A stretch of DNA of 64,000 nt from Alkalispirochaeta sp. GTDB lineage: Bacteria; Spirochaetota; Spirochaetia; DSM-27196; Alkalispirochaetaceae. The translations under genes were made by a program, and so were the position numbers. Location of the stretch: contig CBDESZ010000025.1 of assembly GCA_965242725.1 (NCBI GenBank), positions 160,001 to 224,000 of the forward strand, given 5' to 3'. Below, piece by piece: positions 60,135-64,000 of this stretch; position 1 is the first letter of the stretch, and each line of letters opens with the position of its first letter. The notes beneath the pieces are model-generated. The model worked only from the letters and a program-made list of their open reading frames with translations. It was not told where the DNA came from and ran no database searches.

Positions 60135-61559
60135 ATGACGGAATCTTTAAAAGCCGGTGTTTTCGGCATCGGATTGGACACCTATTGGCCGCAATTTCCC
60201 GGGCTCAAGGGGCGATTGGAGGGATATCAGCAGGAAATCGCTAAACAGATTGTTTCATTTGGCGATGTCGATCTCATTGATGCCGGCCTGGTAGATAATC
60301 CGGAACGTGCCCGTACGGTGGGTTCTCTTTTTCGTCAGCAGCACGTTGACGTAATTTTTTTGTATATCTCTACCTACGCTCTTTCCTCAACGGTGCTGCC
60401 GATTGCCCAGGAAGCGGGGGTGCCGATCATCGTTCTCAACATTCAGCCCGTCGCCGCCATCGACTATGATTCCTTTAACGCCCTGGGCGACCGGGGGAAA
60501 ATGACCGGCGAGTGGCTGGCCCATTGTCAGGCGTGCTGCGTCCCGGAAATAGCAGGTGTCTTCAAACGGGCGGGTATCGAGTATCACCTCGTGACGGGAT
60601 TTCTCGGTGACGATGAAACCAATCGACACCTGGAAGAGTGGGTTGCCGCCGCGAAGACCGCCAGGACGATGCGGGGAAACCGACTCGGCGTCATGGGGCA
60701 TTACTACGCCGGCATGCTCGACGTCTATACGGATATGACCAAACAGATTGCATCCTTTGGTGGTCATATTGACCTCATTGAAATCGATGAGCTTGCGGAA
60801 CTGCGTTCATCTGTCACCGATGCGGACGTGCAGAAGAAAGTCGCCGAGTTTCACTCCTCCTTCGAAGTCTCTCCGGAGTGTGACGATGCCGAAATCGATA
60901 GAGCGGCGAAGACTTCGGTTGCCCTGGACAAGCTCGCCGCACGTCATCGTCTGGGATCACTTGCATACTACTATGAGGGTGCCCCGGGTTCGGACCACGA
61001 AGATATCGTCACATCGGTGATCGCAGGAAACACGCTGTTGACGGGGAAACACATACCGGTGGCGGGGGAGTGTGAAATCAAGAACGCCCAGGCAATGAAA
61101 ATCATGGACTCCCTGGGCGCCGGCGGGTCTTTTTCGGAATTTTACGCAATGGATTTTCACGACGATGTGGTACTCCTGGGTCACGACGGTCCCGCCCATT
61201 TCGCCATCGCCGAGGGACGGGTGGGGCTGGTTCCCCTCCCGGTATACCACGGTAAGCCGGGAAAGGGACTGTCCATTCAAATGACGGTGAAACACGGACC
61301 GGTGACGCTGCTTTCGGTTTGCGAGAGCCCGGAAGGGGTGTACATGATCGTCGCCGAGGGTGAAAGCGTTCCCGGGCCGGTCCTGCATATCGGGAATACA
61401 AACAGCCGGTATCGTTTCAGTCTCCCCGCACGGGAGTTTGTCGAGGCGTGGTCAAAACTGGGACCCTCACACCACTGCGCCATCGGCATCGGCCATGTGG
61501 CCGATCGTATCGCCAAGCTGGGCGCCCTTATCGGCGTGCTGGTGACGCGGGTCTGTTGA
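60135..61559 (+). CDS. L-fucose/L-arabinose isomerase family protein
   Basis: 'GIGLDTYWPQF', 'AGECE', 'SEFY', 'GHDGPAH', 'GPSHHCAIG.GH'. Confidence 0.85.
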   Translation: MTESLKAGVFGIGLDTYWPQFPGLKGRLEGYQQEIAKQIVSFGDVDLIDAGLVDNPERARTVGSLFRQQHVDVIFLYISTYALSSTVLPIAQEAGVPIIVLNIQPVAAIDYDSFNALGDRGKMTGEWLAHCQACCVPEIAGVFKRAGIEYHLVTGFLGDDETNRHLEEWVAAAKTARTMRGNRLGVMGHYYAGMLDVYTDMTKQIASFGGHIDLIEIDELAELRSSVTDADVQKKVAEFHSSFEVSPECDDAEIDRAAKTSVALDKLAARHRLGSLAYYYEGAPGSDHEDIVTSVIAGNTLLTGKHIPVAGECEIKNAQAMKIMDSLGAGGSFSEFYAMDFHDDVVLLGHDGPAHFAIAEGRVGLVPLPVYHGKPGKGLSIQMTVKHGPVTLLSVCESPEGVYMIVAEGESVPGPVLHIGNTNSRYRFSLPAREFVEAWSKLGPSHHCAIGIGHVADRIAKLGALIGVLVTRVC

Positions 61560-61573
61560 TGAAGGAGGATCAT

Positions 61574-61888
61574 ATGGTGCGAAAGGGATTCGCAATGCAA
61601 CTGAAGCCGGGAAATGTCGAGGAGTACCGGAAGCGGCACGATGAAATCTGGCCGGAGCTGGTGAAGGAACTTGGAGGCGCCGGTGTTCGTGACTACGTCA
61701 TTTATCTTGATCCGCGTACGGATACCCTCTACGCGAGTCAGAAACTGACGGAGGAAAACACCGCGGATCGTCTCGCCGGGACGGAGATCATGCGCAAATG
61801 GTGGGATCACATGGCGGACATCATGGAAACCAACAGTGACAACTCGCCCAAAGTCTACGAGCTTGAAGAGATGTTTTATCTGGAATAG
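61574..61888 (+). CDS. rhaM: L-rhamnose mutarotase
   Basis: 'EEYRKRHDEIWPE', 'DYVIYLD', 'KWWDHMADIMETN.DNSP'; RBS AGGAGG. Confidence 0.92.
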   Translation: MVRKGFAMQLKPGNVEEYRKRHDEIWPELVKELGGAGVRDYVIYLDPRTDTLYASQKLTEENTADRLAGTEIMRKWWDHMADIMETNSDNSPKVYELEEMFYLE

Positions 61889-61890
61889 GC

Positions 61891-63408
61891 ATGAGTGAAG
61901 CGATACTGGAACTACGGAATATTTCCAAATATTTCCCCGGCGTGAAGGCGCTGGATGACGTCCATTTTGACCTGAAAGCCGGCGAAATCCACGGACTGAT
62001 GGGAGAGAACGGCGCGGGTAAATCAACCTTTATCAAGATCATTACCGGTGTCCACGCACCCGATGGTGGTGAGATCTTTCTGGACGGCAAGCCACTGATT
62101 CTTCACAATCCCATCGATGCCCAGAAGGCGGGCATTGCGGCGATTTATCAGCACGTCACCTCCTATCCCGACCTGACGGTGGCGGAAAACATCTTCATGG
62201 GGCACGAGAAGGTTACTCCCTTGACGAGACGTATCGACTGGAGCGCCATGCATGAACACGCGCAGGAGTTGCTGAATCAGCTGGATGCCAACTTCGACTC
62301 CCGGGAACGGATGAACAACCTCTCCGTGGCGCGACAGCAGATCGTGGAAATAGCCAAGGCTCTCTCCACCAACGCACGCATCATCATCATGGACGAACCG
62401 ACGGCCGCACTGACGCAGCATGAAAGTGAAGAATTGTATCGCATTACCGAGTCCCTTCGGGAACAGGGAGTTTCGGTGATCTTTATCTCCCATCGAATGG
62501 AAGATATCTGGCGACTCGCCGATCGGGTGACCGTGTTCCGCGACGGCAGGTATATCGATTCGTGGTCGATTGGCGATGTCGATCAGAATCAGCTCATCGT
62601 GGCGATGGTCGGAAGGGAAATATCCCAGATGTACCCCAAACGATCGGTGCATATCGGGGAGGAGCTGCTGCGGGTGGAGCATCTCTCCCGCACGGGATTC
62701 TTCCGGGACGTCTCCTTTCAACTGCGGGAAGGAGAGATTCTTGCCCTCACGGGACTCGTGGGAGCGGGGAGGACGGAGGTGTGCGAGACCCTTTACGGCG
62801 TCGATCCCTGGGACGAGGGGGCGGTCATCCTGAAGGGTGAAGAGATACGGCCGCAGTCGCCCATGCACGCCCTCGATCTGGGTATCGGCTATTTACCGGA
62901 GGACCGGCAGATACAGGGGCTCGTTCTTGAATGGGCGATCGCCCACAACATTTCCCTCCCTTCCCTGAACCGGTTTGCCCGGGGAGGGTGGATTCAGCGG
63001 CAGAAAGAGGAAAGCGCCTCAGGTGATCTGGCGCGGAAACTCAACGTGAAGGCGAAGACGATCTTCACCGCCGCGTCGGCCCTGTCCGGGGGGAATCAGC
63101 AGAAAGTGGTTGTCGCCAAGATCCTCGGCCGCTCCCTCAAGGTCATTATTCTCGACGAGCCGACCAAAGGCGTCGATGTCGCCGCCAAGGCGGCAATTTG
63201 CGAGATCATCGGTGAGCTGGCGGAGCAGGGATACGGAATCATTCTCGTCTCATCGGAAATGCCGGAAGTGCTGGGAATGAGTGACCGCATTGTCGTCATG
63301 AAGGAGGGGCGTGTTACCGCTCAAATGGTTACAAAGGAAACGACCCAGGAAGAGATCCTGAACGCCGCCATGGTTGTCCAGACACCCAAATCCGAGGTTT
63401 CTCTATGA
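61891..63408 (+). CDS. Monosaccharide ABC transporter ATP-binding protein (RbsA/RhaT type)
   Basis: 'GENGAGKST', 'MDEPT', 'PEDR', 'LSGGNQQK'. Confidence 0.95.
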   Translation: MSEAILELRNISKYFPGVKALDDVHFDLKAGEIHGLMGENGAGKSTFIKIITGVHAPDGGEIFLDGKPLILHNPIDAQKAGIAAIYQHVTSYPDLTVAENIFMGHEKVTPLTRRIDWSAMHEHAQELLNQLDANFDSRERMNNLSVARQQIVEIAKALSTNARIIIMDEPTAALTQHESEELYRITESLREQGVSVIFISHRMEDIWRLADRVTVFRDGRYIDSWSIGDVDQNQLIVAMVGREISQMYPKRSVHIGEELLRVEHLSRTGFFRDVSFQLREGEILALTGLVGAGRTEVCETLYGVDPWDEGAVILKGEEIRPQSPMHALDLGIGYLPEDRQIQGLVLEWAIAHNISLPSLNRFARGGWIQRQKEESASGDLARKLNVKAKTIFTAASALSGGNQQKVVVAKILGRSLKVIILDEPTKGVDVAAKAAICEIIGELAEQGYGIILVSSEMPEVLGMSDRIVVMKEGRVTAQMVTKETTQEEILNAAMVVQTPKSEVSL

Positions 63409-64000
63409 AAGTAAAGACGAAGATTGCCCTCAGCGAGAACACCCGGGAACTGGGGTTGCTCATATTTATCATCGTGATCAGCGTGGCGATACAGCTGAGA
63501 AACCCGGCGTTTCTGACGCTGAGCAATATCAATTCCCTCCTGACCAATACCGCGATACTGGGAATTCTTGCCGTGGGGATGATGCTCGTCCTTGTTACCC
63601 GGGGAATCGATCTCTCCGTGGGCTCCATAATCGCCTTTTCAGGAATGGTTACCGCCCTGACGGTGAGTCGTTTTCCCGGGCTCCCGCCCCTTGCGGCAAT
63701 AGCCCTCGGGGCGGTTATCGGCATGGTCATAGGAACGCTTACCGGGGTGCTCGTCGCCCGTTTTGACGTGCTTCCCGTCATTGCCACGCTCGGCATGATG
63801 AACGTCATCCGGGGGCTTACCTTTGTCGTCTCCGGGGGAAGGTGGGTCAGTTCCTATCAGATGTCCACATCCTTCAAGGCGATCGCAACGGGGCGCTTTC
63901 TGGGGGTGAATAATCTCATCATGATCGCCGTCGCGGTGTACGTCGTAGCGGGGTATTTCGTAAACCATACCCGGACGGGACGGCGTATTTACGCGGTCGG
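63405..64000 (+). CDS. Monosaccharide ABC transporter permease (partial; runs off the window)
   Basis: My translation MKVKTKIALSENTRELGLLIF...RGIDLSVGS...IATLG...T.TGRRIYAV; ATGA overlap with the ATPase; absent from the ORF track because it has no stop here. Confidence 0.9.
   Translation, partial: MKVKTKIALSENTRELGLLIFIIVISVAIQLRNPAFLTLSNINSLLTNTAILGILAVGMMLVLVTRGIDLSVGSIIAFSGMVTALTVSRFPGLPPLAAIALGAVIGMVIGTLTGVLVARFDVLPVIATLGMMNVIRGLTFVVSGGRWVSSYQMSTSFKAIATGRFLGVNNLIMIAVAVYVVAGYFVNHTRTGRRIYAV

Overview
A gene-dense, GC-rich (roughly 55-60% by eye) bacterial chromosome segment. The gene content (DUF5312-like, OmpL47-type and BAPKO_0422-like proteins, FemABX, PTS EIIA next to a cation:proton antiporter) suggests a free-living spirochaete; this is inference. 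It holds about 55 CDS. Most are housekeeping or metabolic (fhs, galK, glgP, hom, galE, pfkA, pgi, hflX, rlmD, msrA, tatD, pcm), with chemotaxis genes, an AmmeMemoRadiSam operon and the start of a rhamnose-like sugar uptake operon. No rRNA, tRNA or CRISPR array was seen. The most notable observations are: (1) a probable stand-alone ~225-nt structured, GGA-rich small RNA between pfkA and pgi with its own sigma70 promoter and terminator; (2) about 18 genes whose -10 box lies 6-8 nt before the start codon, implying widespread leaderless mRNAs; (3) a 1.3-kb IS1-like element with unusual TA-bounded inverted repeats and a putative DDN triad; (4) a degenerate ParB-like gene coupled to a spore-photoproduct-lyase-like radical SAM gene; (5) a protein with a FliG_C-like tail, a probable ATA start for tatD, and a Gly-rich tandem repeat in front of a patatin. 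All product calls come from motif recognition, not database searches.
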